NCBI GenBank assembly: GCA_041484665.1
Contig: JBGPIA010000002.1
Location: 96,001 to 160,000 of the forward strand
Direction of reading: 5' to 3'
Source of the DNA: Candidatus Krumholzibacteriia bacterium
GTDB lineage: Bacteria; Krumholzibacteriota; Krumholzibacteriia; JAJRXK01
Length of the DNA stretch: 64,000 bases
Part shown: positions 1 to 9,388 of the stretch, one piece after another
Position numbering within the stretch: position 1 is the stretch's first letter
Layout: every line of letters starts with the position of its first letter
The notes under the pieces: model-generated
The model's database searches: none
The model's input: only the letters and a program-made list of their open reading frames with translations
What the model was told of the DNA's origin: nothing
Made by a program: the position numbers and the translations under genes

Positions 1-1140
1 GACGTCCCTGCGGGTGGCACCAGCGTGAGCGCGGGAGCGCTGCTCACCCCGGCCACCCGGGCCGACACCCTCGACAGCCTCTACAACGCCGCCGGAAAGA
101 AGCTGAACATCGCCTTCGATCCCGTCAGCAACCAGACCGTGCTGCAGGTCGGCGGGACCCGTGGTGGCGAAGCCATCACCTCGCTCTCGATGCTGGCGAC
201 GCGCGGCGTGACCACCCTCGGCGACCTGCTCGACCGTATCACGGACGCGTTCGCGATCTCCAACGCGCAGGGCGTCAGCGTGACCAACGAGGGCTTCATC
301 GACGTGGTGGGCGACACCGAGCTCAGGAACTCTTTGGACAACATCTCGATCCAGGAGCCCAAGAACGACGTCAGCAATCTGTCGACGTCGTTCGACTTCC
401 GCACCCTGGCCGCGGCGCAGGACGCCAAGACCTACTCGGTCACGACCACGGTGTACGACAGCCTGGGCGACACCCACAACCTCACCCTGAACTTCACCAA
501 GCGGACCGGTTTCAACATCTGGGACTGGAAGGCCAGCTTGGACAAGGGCGAGGAGGTCCTCAACGGCGAGACGGGCACGGTCACCTTTGACGAGAAGGGG
601 AGCCTGGTGTCGTTCCTGTACACCGACGGCGGCGGGCAGATCTCCTTCCGGCCGCAGGCCACCGGGACGCAGGGCGCAGAGGTCGTGAACCTCGCGGTCA
701 ACCCCGGGACGACCAACGGAGTGAACGGCCTCACCCAGTTCGCGCCCGCCGACCAGCTCCAGTCGCTGGCCAATGGCTATACGGTCGGGCGCCTGAGCGA
801 CTTCGACATCGACCGGCGCGGGGTGATCTCGGGACGCTTCAGCAACGACACCGTGCTGGCGCTGGCGCGCATCGCCATCTCCCGCTTCAGCAACCCCAAC
901 GGCCTGGTGCGCGTCGGCAACAACTCGTTCACGATCTCGGGCAACAGCGGGCAGGCCATCTTCGGCTTCGCCGGCGAGGGCAGCGCGGGGGAGATCAATC
1001 CCGGGGCGCTGGAGGCGAGCAACGTCGACCTGGCCGAGCAGTTCACGCGCCTGGTGGTAGCACAGCGCGCCTTCCAGGCCAACGCGCGCGTGATCACCAC
1101 GGGCGACCGCGTGCTGCAGGACCTGGTGAACATCGTCTAG
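1..1140 (+). CDS. flgE: Flagellar hook protein FlgE, 5'-truncated by the window edge
   Basis: Frame open from base 1. Hook motifs TTVYDSLGDTHNL, FSNPNGLVRVGNN and C-terminal GALEASNVDLAEQFTRLVVAQRAFQANARVI. Confidence 0.95.
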   Translation, partial: DVPAGGTSVSAGALLTPATRADTLDSLYNAAGKKLNIAFDPVSNQTVLQVGGTRGGEAITSLSMLATRGVTTLGDLLDRITDAFAISNAQGVSVTNEGFIDVVGDTELRNSLDNISIQEPKNDVSNLSTSFDFRTLAAAQDAKTYSVTTTVYDSLGDTHNLTLNFTKRTGFNIWDWKASLDKGEEVLNGETGTVTFDEKGSLVSFLYTDGGGQISFRPQATGTQGAEVVNLAVNPGTTNGVNGLTQFAPADQLQSLANGYTVGRLSDFDIDRRGVISGRFSNDTVLALARIAISRFSNPNGLVRVGNNSFTISGNSGQAIFGFAGEGSAGEINPGALEASNVDLAEQFTRLVVAQRAFQANARVITTGDRVLQDLVNIV

Positions 1141-1164
1141 TCCCGCCCTGCGGGCTGATCGGAG

Positions 1165-1187
1165 CGCGGCGCCCGCGGGGCGCCGCG
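1165..1187 (+). other. Perfect 10-bp GC hairpin between flgE and flbD (mRNA stability or attenuation element)
   Basis: CGCGGCGCCC-GCG-GGGCGCCGCG; no U-tract. Confidence 0.4.
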
Positions 1188-1206
1188 TCCGCCACGGAGG
1201 GCAGCG

Positions 1207-1446
1207 ATGATCCACCTGACGCGACGCAGCGGGCAGGACCTGGTTCTCAATGCCGACCTGATCGAGTCCATCGAGGCCAGCCCCGAGACTTTAGTCGCGC
1301 TCGTCACCGGCCGAAAGATGCTGGTGCAAGAGTCGCTCGAGGAAGTCGTTCGCCGGGTTCTGGAATACCGCCGCCGGATGCGCGCCTATCCGGTGCCGGT
1401 GGCGGGCATCCCGGAGTCCGGCGCGGCGGGCGAAGCGGAGCAATGA
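1207..1446 (+). CDS. flbD: FlbD/SwrD family flagellar protein
   Basis: MIHLTRRSGQDLVLNADLIESIEASPETLVALVTGRKMLVQES matches the family pattern; follows flgE; GGAGG SD. Confidence 0.9.
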   Translation: MIHLTRRSGQDLVLNADLIESIEASPETLVALVTGRKMLVQESLEEVVRRVLEYRRRMRAYPVPVAGIPESGAAGEAEQ

Positions 1447-1593
1447 GCCCCGCGTTGCGGCCGCCTGCGGGCGGACGGCGGCGCGGCGCGCGCGGCAGGC
1501 GACGCGGATCCGGTCGCCCCTGCCGTCTTCTCGTCCAGGTGCGGGGCACCGCGGCGCCAGGACGCGCCGCGCGACCGCGCGGGAGGTCATGAC

Positions 1594-2133
1594 GTGGCGC
1601 AGGAGCAGTCCCCGGAGGGCGCCGAGCCCGCTAAGAAGGGCAAGTCGCTGCTGGAGAACAAGCTGTTGGTCATCGCCGCCATCGTGCTGGCGCAGGGCGG
1701 CATGGGCTTTGCTGCCGCGAAGTTCCTGATCGCTCCTGCTTTTGCTCCGCCGGCAGCGCCGGGCGCGGCGCAGGGTGCGGGTCATGGAGGGGGCGAGCCC
1801 GGCCCGGACGGGGCCGCCGCAGCGCCCGCCAGCGGACCTTTGGTGAGCCTCAACGAGATGGTCATCAGTCTCAGCGCTACAGGCAAGCCACGCTACCTGC
1901 GCACGACCATCGCGCTGGAGGCGCGTGACGCTGCCGTGGCCAAGGAGATCGAAGAGCGCCTGGCGAAGTTCCGCGACATCGCCATCATGCGCCTCTCCAG
2001 CCACGCGCCCGGCGACCTGGACACCTTCGAGGGCAAGGAAGCGGTGAAGGCAGACATCAAGACGGCGCTCGCCGGCGACTTCAAGCCGGGCGACCTCCTC
2101 AACATCTACTTCTCCGACTTCGTGGTCCAGTAG
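1594..2133 (+). CDS. fliL: Flagellar basal body-associated protein FliL
   Basis: N-terminal TM segment; C-terminal NIYFSDFVVQ; GGAGGT SD; sits before fliM. Confidence 0.92.
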   Translation: MAQEQSPEGAEPAKKGKSLLENKLLVIAAIVLAQGGMGFAAAKFLIAPAFAPPAAPGAAQGAGHGGGEPGPDGAAAAPASGPLVSLNEMVISLSATGKPRYLRTTIALEARDAAVAKEIEERLAKFRDIAIMRLSSHAPGDLDTFEGKEAVKADIKTALAGDFKPGDLLNIYFSDFVVQ

Positions 2134-2148
2134 GAGGGGAGGACCCGC

Positions 2149-3156
2149 GTGGAAAACCTCTCGCAGGTCGAGCTCGACGCGCTGATCGGTGCCGCAGCGC
2201 AGCAGGCCGGCGGGGAGGACCCTGCCGCGGCCGAGGCCGCCGATCTTGGGGGGCAGGGGCAGCCGGCCGGGCAGGCGGCGGTCCGCAACTTCGATTTCAA
2301 CCAACCCAACACCCTCAGCCGCTCGTTCGAGCGCAATCTGCGCAGCCTGTGCGAGAGCTTCAGCAAGATCGCCTCGCTGTCCTTCACCAATCAGGTGCGC
2401 ACCAGCTGCGTCGTCTCGTTCGTGAACCTGCGCGTGTTCTCCTTCGGCGAGGCCTACGCCGGAGTGGAGAATCCCAGCTGCATCGCCGTCTCGACCATGC
2501 CCCCGCTCAAGGGCACCATGCTGCTGGTGATCGACGCGGGCATGATGTTCTCCCTGTTCACGCGACTGTTGGGCGGGGGGGTGGAGGAGCCGACGCAGAT
2601 TCGCGACTTCACCGAGCTGGAGATGGGGATGTCGCGGCGCATCGTCGAGCGCGTGCTGGACCACTTCCGGTCCGCCTCCGAGCGCATCGTGGCGCTCAAG
2701 CCGACCGTGTCCCACATCGAGAACAACCCCAGCTACGTGCAGGCCCTCAGCGACACCGAGATGGTGCTCGCCCTGCAACACTCCATCGGGTTGGATACCC
2801 TGCGGGGAACGCTGACGTTCATCCTGCCGCTGGCCGCCTTCGAACCGGTGCGCAACCTTTTCGACCCCAAGGAATCCATCGAGCTGCGCGGCTCCGCCGA
2901 GAAGAGCCGCGACCGTCGCCTGGTGAGGGCGGCGCTGCAGCGGACGGAGGCGACGCTCACCGTCCACTTCGTGCCGCGGCGCGCGCGGCTGCGGGAGGTC
3001 CTGGCCCTGAAGGTGGACGACGTGCTGCCGCTGGGCCATCCAGCGAACCGCCCGCTCACGGTCAATGTGGAACGCAAGCACATGTTCGACGCCGTGGCCG
3101 GACGGTCGGGCCAGGCGCGCGCCGTCCGCATCGTGCGCAGGCTGAAGGAGTCCTAG
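2149..3156 (+). CDS. fliM: Flagellar motor switch protein FliM
   Basis: N-terminal LSQVELDALI (CheY-P binding motif), NFDFNQP, LLGGG...RDFTELE, C-terminal SpoA domain. Confidence 0.93.
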   Translation: MENLSQVELDALIGAAAQQAGGEDPAAAEAADLGGQGQPAGQAAVRNFDFNQPNTLSRSFERNLRSLCESFSKIASLSFTNQVRTSCVVSFVNLRVFSFGEAYAGVENPSCIAVSTMPPLKGTMLLVIDAGMMFSLFTRLLGGGVEEPTQIRDFTELEMGMSRRIVERVLDHFRSASERIVALKPTVSHIENNPSYVQALSDTEMVLALQHSIGLDTLRGTLTFILPLAAFEPVRNLFDPKESIELRGSAEKSRDRRLVRAALQRTEATLTVHFVPRRARLREVLALKVDDVLPLGHPANRPLTVNVERKHMFDAVAGRSGQARAVRIVRRLKES

Positions 3157-3540
3157 ATGGCTCAGGATCCCGCAGGCACCGGCATGGCCCACGAGGATGA
3201 CGCCTCCAGCTCGGCCGCCACCGCGCAGGCTGTGGTGAGTGCCGCACAGGCGGTCGGCCGCCAGGCTGCGGCCGACGACGACGGCAGCTTCGACCTCCTG
3301 CAGGATGTCGAGCTGACGGTCACCGTCGAGCTCGGACGGGCGCACATGGAGATCCGCGACATCCTCAACGTGGGCAGCGGCACGATCGTCGAGCTGGGCA
3401 AGCTCGTGAGCGAGCCGGTGGACGTGCTGGTCAACGGCACCCCCTTCGCGCAGGGCGAGGTGGTAGTGGTGGACGACGCCTTCGCGGTGCGCATTACGCG
3501 CCTGCTCGACCGCAACCACCTCGTGGCCAAGAGCAACTGA
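3157..3540 (+). CDS. fliN: Flagellar motor switch protein FliN
   Basis: DVELTVTVELGRAHMEIRDIL...EPVDVLVNG...AQGEVVVVDDAFAVRIT. Confidence 0.95.
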   Translation: MAQDPAGTGMAHEDDASSSAATAQAVVSAAQAVGRQAAADDDGSFDLLQDVELTVTVELGRAHMEIRDILNVGSGTIVELGKLVSEPVDVLVNGTPFAQGEVVVVDDAFAVRITRLLDRNHLVAKSN

Positions 3541-3542
3541 CC

Positions 3543-3890
3543 ATGGCCGGTGCGGCCCTCACCTGGATCAGCGGCACCCTAGCCGTGCTGGCCCTGGTGC
3601 TCCTGCTGGGCCGGTTGGGCCAGTGGGCGCTGCGCCGTGGCGCCGCCGCGCATCTGGCGGCCGCTACGGTCGGCCAATGGCGCGTCGGGGCCGACGCGCG
3701 CGTGCGCGCTGTGCGCGTGCTCGGCTGTGTCTACGTGCTCTACGAGCGCGGGCGCGAGACCACGCTGCTCACCGCGCTGGCAGCTGCGGACTTCGACACG
3801 GCGCTGCAGGGTTCCGCGCCGGCGGGCCCGCTGGCCGGGATCCTCGGGCTCGCGCCCGGCAAGGGCCGCTCGCGGGTGGCTGCTCCCTAG
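3543..3890 (+). CDS. fliO: Divergent FliO/FliZ-like membrane protein
   Basis: Lies between fliN and fliP; one N-terminal TM followed by a short beta-rich segment. Sequence is divergent, so the call rests mainly on synteny. Confidence 0.6.
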   Translation: MAGAALTWISGTLAVLALVLLLGRLGQWALRRGAAAHLAAATVGQWRVGADARVRAVRVLGCVYVLYERGRETTLLTALAAADFDTALQGSAPAGPLAGILGLAPGKGRSRVAAP

Positions 3891-4007
3891 ACAAGGTTGG
3901 CTCGCCGCTGTGCGGTGGAGGCCACCCCGCTCCACGCTCGCGGCCCCAGCGCGCCCGCAACCCCCTTTCCTTGATCGGGTTGACGGCGGCTGTGGCGCCC
4001 CGGGGCG

Positions 4008-4023
4008 CGGCACACCGGTTGCG
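4008..4023 (+). promoter_or_regulatory. Sigma54 (-24/-12) promoter upstream of fliP
   Basis: CGGCAC-ACCGG-TTGCG; GG and GC exactly 10 nt apart; in the fliO-fliP gap. Confidence 0.7.
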
Positions 4024-4035
4024 CTGGCGCCCAGC

Positions 4036-5007
4036 ATGCGCGCGCCGATCCGCCGAGCATTTCCGCTGGTCGTGGGCGCCCGGGTGCCGGGTGTCCATGT
4101 CGCCGTGCCCCTGCTGGTGGCGGCATTGCTGCTGTGGGGAGCATCGCTCACCTTTGCCCAGGCGCCGGCCGCCAAAGCCGCGCGGCCACCGGCGGCGTCC
4201 CTTCCCCAGAGCGCGCCACCCGCCGTCGCCGCCCCGGCGGCACAGCCTTCGGCCGAGGCGGCGACGGCTACGGGCGCGGGGGGCGCCGTCGCTGCTGGCC
4301 AGGCCACGCCGCCCAAGCCGGCCAAGGGCGGCGGCGGCAAGGTGGTGCTGTCAGTCGAAGGCGCCGATGACGGTCAGCTGGGCCTGACGGTCCAGATCGT
4401 CCTGCTCATGACGGTGCTGAGCCTGGCGCCGGCCATCGTCATGCTCACCACCAGCTTCACCCGCATCCTGATCGTGCTGGCGTTCCTGCGCCAGGCCATT
4501 GGCACGCAGCAGATGCCCAGCAATCAGATCCTGGTGGGGCTCTCGCTCTTCCTGTCGCTGGTGGTGATGGGTCCGGTGGCCGAGCAGATCAAGGGCAGCG
4601 CGCTCGATCCCTACCTGGCCAAGGAGATCACCCAGAAGGAGGCGGTGCACCGCGCGGTGGAGCCGATCCGCCACTTCATGCTGCACAACACCAGGGAGAA
4701 GGACCTGCAGCTGTTCGTGGACCTGAGTCACGCGCCTCGCCCCGACTCGCCCGAGGCGCTGCCCATGTCGGTGGTGGTGCCGGGCTTCCTCACCAGCGAG
4801 CTCAAGACCGCGTTCCAGATGGGCTTCCTCATCTACCTGCCATTCCTGGTCGTGGACATGGTCGTGGCATCGGTGCTCATGAGCATGGGGATGATGATGC
4901 TGCCGCCGGTCTTGATCTCGCTGCCGTTCAAAGTGCTGCTGTTCGTCATGGTCGACGGATGGCACCTGGCCATCAAGAGCCTGGTGAGCAGCTTCCACAC
5001 GACCTGA
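4036..5007 (+). CDS. fliP: Flagellar export pore protein FliP with a long signal/Pro-Ala N-terminal extension (start uncertain)
   Basis: LMTVLSLAPAIVMLTTSFTRI, SELKTAFQMGFLIYLPFLVVDMVVAS, MMMLPP...SLPFKVLLFVMVDGW. ATG 4036 is in frame with ORF 3637..5007. Confidence 0.93.
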   Translation: MRAPIRRAFPLVVGARVPGVHVAVPLLVAALLLWGASLTFAQAPAAKAARPPAASLPQSAPPAVAAPAAQPSAEAATATGAGGAVAAGQATPPKPAKGGGGKVVLSVEGADDGQLGLTVQIVLLMTVLSLAPAIVMLTTSFTRILIVLAFLRQAIGTQQMPSNQILVGLSLFLSLVVMGPVAEQIKGSALDPYLAKEITQKEAVHRAVEPIRHFMLHNTREKDLQLFVDLSHAPRPDSPEALPMSVVVPGFLTSELKTAFQMGFLIYLPFLVVDMVVASVLMSMGMMMLPPVLISLPFKVLLFVMVDGWHLAIKSLVSSFHTT

Positions 5008-5033
5008 GCCGCCCGCGGGCGGTGGGAGGTGAC

Positions 5034-5306
5034 ATGAACGCCGAGGCTGTGATCGACGTGGCGCGCGACGCACTGTGGACGCTGCTGTTGGTCTCCATGC
5101 CGATGCTGCTGGTGGGGATGCTGGTGGGCCTGGTGATCTCGATCCTGCAGGCTGCCACCCAGATCAACGAGATGACCATGACATTCGTGCCGAAGATGAT
5201 CGCGGTGTTCCTCACGATGCTGCTGCTGCTGCCGTGGCTGCTGTCGCACATGATGGCCTTCACCGAGCGCATCTTCGCCCGCATCGCCGCGGTGGGCGGA
5301 CCGTGA
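5034..5306 (+). CDS. fliQ: Flagellar export protein FliQ
   Basis: GLVISILQAATQINEMTMTFVPK; GGAGGT SD before ATG 5034. Confidence 0.95.
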   Translation: MNAEAVIDVARDALWTLLLVSMPMLLVGMLVGLVISILQAATQINEMTMTFVPKMIAVFLTMLLLLPWLLSHMMAFTERIFARIAAVGGP

Positions 5307-6088
5307 CCCTCACCCTGGATCTCGCGCCGCTGCTGCTGGGAGGACTCGCCGCCGTGCGGGTCCTCACCTTCTTGATGGCGGTGCCCGCGCTGGGCATCAA
5401 AGCGGTGCCCGTGGCGGTGAAGGTCGGGCTGGCCCTGTGGGTCACCGCCGGCCTGTTGCCGCAGGTGGTGGCCCAGGGCGCCGCCGTTCCCAGCGCGCCC
5501 GGGCCGCTGGCCTTGGCCGTGGCGGCGGAATTCGCCATCGGGCTGCTGCTGGCCATGGTCGTGGCGTTCGCCATCGGCGCGGTGCAGCTGGCGGGGGAGA
5601 TCGTCGGGCTGCAGATCGGCTTTGGGATCGTCAACGTGATCGACCCGATGAGCCAGCTGCAGGTTTCGGTGCTGGGTCAGCTGTACTACATGCTGGCCGC
5701 GCTGGTGTTCGTCGGGATGGACGGGCCTGCCATCGTGCTGCGCGGCATCGCCGCCAGCTTCTCCGCCCTGCCTCCCGGCGGCATGGCGGTGCGTAGCGCC
5801 GGCGTGGCCGCGCTGGTTCTCTCGTTCTCGGGCGTGTTCAGCGCGGCGCTGCGCATGTCCCTACCGCCGGTCGTGGCGCTGCTGCTGGTGAGCCTGGCCA
5901 TGGGCATCGTGGGGCGCACCGTCCCGCAGCTCAACATCCTGGTCGTGGGCTTTCCCGTCCGCATCGCCGTGGGTCTCTTGATCCTGGCGGCGAGTCTGCC
6001 GCTGCTGACGCGGGCGGTGTCCGCCGCCCTGGGTGGCCTCGACGGGCAGCTGGTGGGGATGGCCTGGGGTCTGGCCCCCGCGAGGTAG
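5303..6088 (+). CDS. fliR: Flagellar export protein FliR
   Basis: AGEIVGLQIGFG..NVIDP, GRTVPQLNILVVGFP; GTGA overlap with fliQ. Confidence 0.93.
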   Translation: MTLTLDLAPLLLGGLAAVRVLTFLMAVPALGIKAVPVAVKVGLALWVTAGLLPQVVAQGAAVPSAPGPLALAVAAEFAIGLLLAMVVAFAIGAVQLAGEIVGLQIGFGIVNVIDPMSQLQVSVLGQLYYMLAALVFVGMDGPAIVLRGIAASFSALPPGGMAVRSAGVAALVLSFSGVFSAALRMSLPPVVALLLVSLAMGIVGRTVPQLNILVVGFPVRIAVGLLILAASLPLLTRAVSAALGGLDGQLVGMAWGLAPAR

Positions 6089-6094
6089 TCGAGG

Positions 6095-7237
6095 ATGGCC
6101 GAGGATCTGGCCGGCGACCGCACCGAGCAGGCGACCCCAAAACGCCGCGACGAGGCGCGCGAGCGCGGGCAGGTGCCGCGCAGCCAGGAGGTCAATTCCA
6201 CCATCGTGCTCCTGGGTGGTGGGCTGGTGACGCTGGCATGCTTGGGCTGGATGGGTCAGGGCTTCGCTCGATTGAGCCGCGTGTGCTTCGGCGGGCTGGA
6301 CGGGGTCCGGCTGGAAAGCCGTGGGGATGGCGTGACCGCGCTTCGACTATTGGCCAGGGAATCGGGCGTCATCCTGTGGCCGGTGCTGCTCGCGACCCTC
6401 GTGTTCGCCACTGGATCGGCCGCTGCGCAGGTGGGTTGGCGCTTCTCCACCAAGGCGCTGGCGTTTCGTACGGAGCGCCTCAATCCGCTCGAGGGCCTCA
6501 AGCGCATGGTCAGCCGTCAGGTGCTGTTCGAGCTGGCCAAGAACTTGGCCAAGACGGCGCTGCTCGGCTGGATCGCGGCCGCCACCCTCCAGACTTCGCT
6601 GCCCCACGTGCTGGACCTGACTGGCATGGGCGAGCACGACGGCTGGATGGAAGTCGCCGCCATGGTGCGCACGCTGATGCTGCGCACGCTGCTCGTGCTC
6701 GCGGTGCTGGCCACCGCCGACCTGGTGTGGCAGCGCCGGCGTCACGAGGAATCGCTGAAGATGAGCAAGACCGAGCTGCGGCAGGAGGCCAAGGACAGCG
6801 AAGGCGATCCCCAGATCAAGGCGCGGCTGCGGGCGCTGCAGCTGGACGCGGCACGCCGGCGCATGATGGCCGACGTGAAGAAGGCCGACGTCGTGGTGGT
6901 CAATCCGACGCATCTGGCCGTCGCGCTGCTCTATGACCGCGGCGAGCCCGCGCCACAGGTGGTGGCCAAGGGCCGGGGTCTGCTGGCCGCGCGCATCGTT
7001 TCGGTCGCGCATGAGGCGCGCGTGCCGGTGATCCAGAACATTCCGTTGGCGCAGGCCCTGTTCAAGGCCTGCCGTATCGGTGACTTCGTCCCGGTGAAGC
7101 TGTACCAGGCCGTGGCGGAGGTGCTGGCGGCGGTCTACCGCGCCAGCCGCAAAGCCGGCCGCCCCGCCAGCCCCGCCGCGCCACGCGCGACCGGCAGGCC
7201 GGGCCGGCGCGCGGCGCGGCAGGCGCGGGGAGCGTAG
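6095..7237 (+). CDS. flhB: Flagellar export switch protein FlhB
   Basis: RTEQATPKRRDEARERGQVPRSQE, EGDPQIK, intact NPTH autocleavage motif. Confidence 0.96.
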   Translation: MAEDLAGDRTEQATPKRRDEARERGQVPRSQEVNSTIVLLGGGLVTLACLGWMGQGFARLSRVCFGGLDGVRLESRGDGVTALRLLARESGVILWPVLLATLVFATGSAAAQVGWRFSTKALAFRTERLNPLEGLKRMVSRQVLFELAKNLAKTALLGWIAAATLQTSLPHVLDLTGMGEHDGWMEVAAMVRTLMLRTLLVLAVLATADLVWQRRRHEESLKMSKTELRQEAKDSEGDPQIKARLRALQLDAARRRMMADVKKADVVVVNPTHLAVALLYDRGEPAPQVVAKGRGLLAARIVSVAHEARVPVIQNIPLAQALFKACRIGDFVPVKLYQAVAEVLAAVYRASRKAGRPASPAAPRATGRPGRRAARQARGA

Positions 7238-7240
7238 GCG

Positions 7241-9388
7241 ATGGCCGGCGAGCCCCGCGGTCTCACCAGCGACCTGATCCTGTCCCACACCAACGTGTTC
7301 GCGGCGCTGGCGTTGGTGGGCGTGCTGGCGCTCATGATCGTCCCGATCCCCACACCGCTCCTGGACGTGCTGCTGACGTTCGACATCGCCGTGGCGATGG
7401 TGGTGCTGCTGGTCACCGTCTACCTCAAGCAGCCGCTGGAGTTCTCCGTCTTCCCGTCGCTGTTACTGATCGTCACGCTGTTCCGCCTGTCGCTCAACAT
7501 CGCCAGCACGCGCCTGATCCTCACCAACGGCGACGCGGGGCGGGTGATCGAGGCCTTCGGCCACTTCGTCGTGGGCGGCAACTATGTCATCGGCACCATC
7601 GTGTTCGTGATCCTGGTCGTGGTGAACTTCGTCGTGATCACCAAGGGCGCGGGCCGCATCGCCGAGGTCGCCGCCCGCTTCACCCTCGACGCCATGCCTG
7701 GCAAGCAGATGGCCATCGACGCCGATCTCAACTCCGGACTGATCACCGAGGCGCAGGCGCGTACGCGCCGCGAGCGCATCGCGCGCGAGGCGGAGTTCTA
7801 CGGCGCCATGGACGGCGCGAGCAAGTTCGTGCGCGGCGACGCTGTGGCCGGCATCGTCATCACCCTGGTCAACGTGGTCGGCGGGCTGGTGATCGGGGTC
7901 GTGCAGCACGGGCTGCCGCTGGGCGAGGCCGCGCGCCGCTACACGCTGCTGACGATCGGCGACGGGCTGGTCACCCAGGTGCCTGCGCTGGTGGTGAGCA
8001 CCGCGGCCGGAATGCTCGTGACCCGCTCGGCCAGCGACTTCAGCCTGGGCGAAGACATCTCGCGCCAGATCCTGCGCGACCCGCGGGCATTGTTCGCCAG
8101 CGCCGGAGCGCTCTTGGCGTTCGCCGCGATCCCCGGACTGCCCGCCGTGCCTTTCCTGCTGCTGGCGGGGGGCACGGCCGTCGCGGCATACGTCTCGCAG
8201 GGCCGGCGCAAGCGCGACGCGCAGCGGGAGCAGAAAGAGCTCGAGGCGACCGAGGCGGTTGCGGAGCAGGCACCGTCCGCGCCGGCTGGCGAGGAGATCT
8301 TCGTGGTGGACCGTCTCGAGCTGGAGATCGGCTACGGCCTGATTCCGCTGGTGGACGCCACGCGCGGCGGCGACCTGCTCACACGGGTCACGAACGTCCG
8401 CCACAAGACCGGCGCCGAGCTTGGCATGCAGGTGGCGCCGATCCGCATCCGCGACAACCTCCAGCTGTCGCCGCAGGAGTACGCCATCAAGCTCAAGGGC
8501 GTGGAGATCGGCCGCTTCGCCCTGCGCACGGACGCGCTGCTGGCCATGCGCGCCAAGGAAGGTGGGACCCAGATCGAGGGGACTGCGACGACCGAGCCGG
8601 CCTTCCATCTGCCCGCACGGTGGATCAAGCCCGAGCATCGCGCTGCCGCCGAGCTGGCGGGGTACACCGTGGTCGAGCCCAGCGCCGTCGTCGCCACGCA
8701 CCTCACCGAGGTGATCCGGGCCCACGGCGACGAGATCCTCACGCGCCAGGACGTCAAGGAGATGATCGAGCGCCTCAAGGCCCACGCGCCCGCCCTGGTC
8801 GAGGAGCTGTTCCCCGAGAAGATCAGTCTCACGCTGCTCCACGGCGTGCTGCGCGGGCTGCTGCACGAGCGTGTGCCGGTGCGCGACATGGTGACGATCC
8901 TGGAAACCCTCGCCTCGGCCGTGGGGGCCACCAACAACGTCGAAGCGCTGGTGGAGCGCGTGCGCGAGGCGCTGGCGCGCAGCCTCTCCAGCCAGCACTG
9001 CGACGCCACGCGGACGTTGTGGTCCATCACGGTCCATCCCGAGACGGAGCAGGCGCTCTACGTGGCATTCCACGAGTCGGAGCGGACCGGCAGCGTGGTG
9101 ATGGACCCCGGTCTCGCCGAGCGGTTCGTCACCGCGCTCGGCGCGTGCGTGGAGCGCACGATCCGCGCCGGGCGCACGCCTTTGCTCTTGGTCTCCAGTC
9201 CAATCCGGCCGTTCACGCGACGCCTGATCGAGGCGTCGTTCCCCACGGTGGCGGTGCTCGGCTACACCGAGATCGCCGCCGGCTACCAGGTACGTTCGCT
9301 TGGGACGGTGATTGCTCATGCCAAGCCAGAATCCACTTCCGCTGCCCTCCAGCAGGCCGCCGCGTACGCGGGCGGTGCGCGCCGCTAG
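7241..9388 (+). CDS. flhA: Flagellar export gate protein FlhA
   Basis: RIAEVAARFTLDAMPGKQMAIDADL, FYGAMDGASKFVRGDA, LTIGDGLVTQVP. Confidence 0.97.
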   Translation: MAGEPRGLTSDLILSHTNVFAALALVGVLALMIVPIPTPLLDVLLTFDIAVAMVVLLVTVYLKQPLEFSVFPSLLLIVTLFRLSLNIASTRLILTNGDAGRVIEAFGHFVVGGNYVIGTIVFVILVVVNFVVITKGAGRIAEVAARFTLDAMPGKQMAIDADLNSGLITEAQARTRRERIAREAEFYGAMDGASKFVRGDAVAGIVITLVNVVGGLVIGVVQHGLPLGEAARRYTLLTIGDGLVTQVPALVVSTAAGMLVTRSASDFSLGEDISRQILRDPRALFASAGALLAFAAIPGLPAVPFLLLAGGTAVAAYVSQGRRKRDAQREQKELEATEAVAEQAPSAPAGEEIFVVDRLELEIGYGLIPLVDATRGGDLLTRVTNVRHKTGAELGMQVAPIRIRDNLQLSPQEYAIKLKGVEIGRFALRTDALLAMRAKEGGTQIEGTATTEPAFHLPARWIKPEHRAAAELAGYTVVEPSAVVATHLTEVIRAHGDEILTRQDVKEMIERLKAHAPALVEELFPEKISLTLLHGVLRGLLHERVPVRDMVTILETLASAVGATNNVEALVERVREALARSLSSQHCDATRTLWSITVHPETEQALYVAFHESERTGSVVMDPGLAERFVTALGACVERTIRAGRTPLLLVSSPIRPFTRRLIEASFPTVAVLGYTEIAAGYQVRSLGTVIAHAKPESTSAALQQAAAYAGGARR

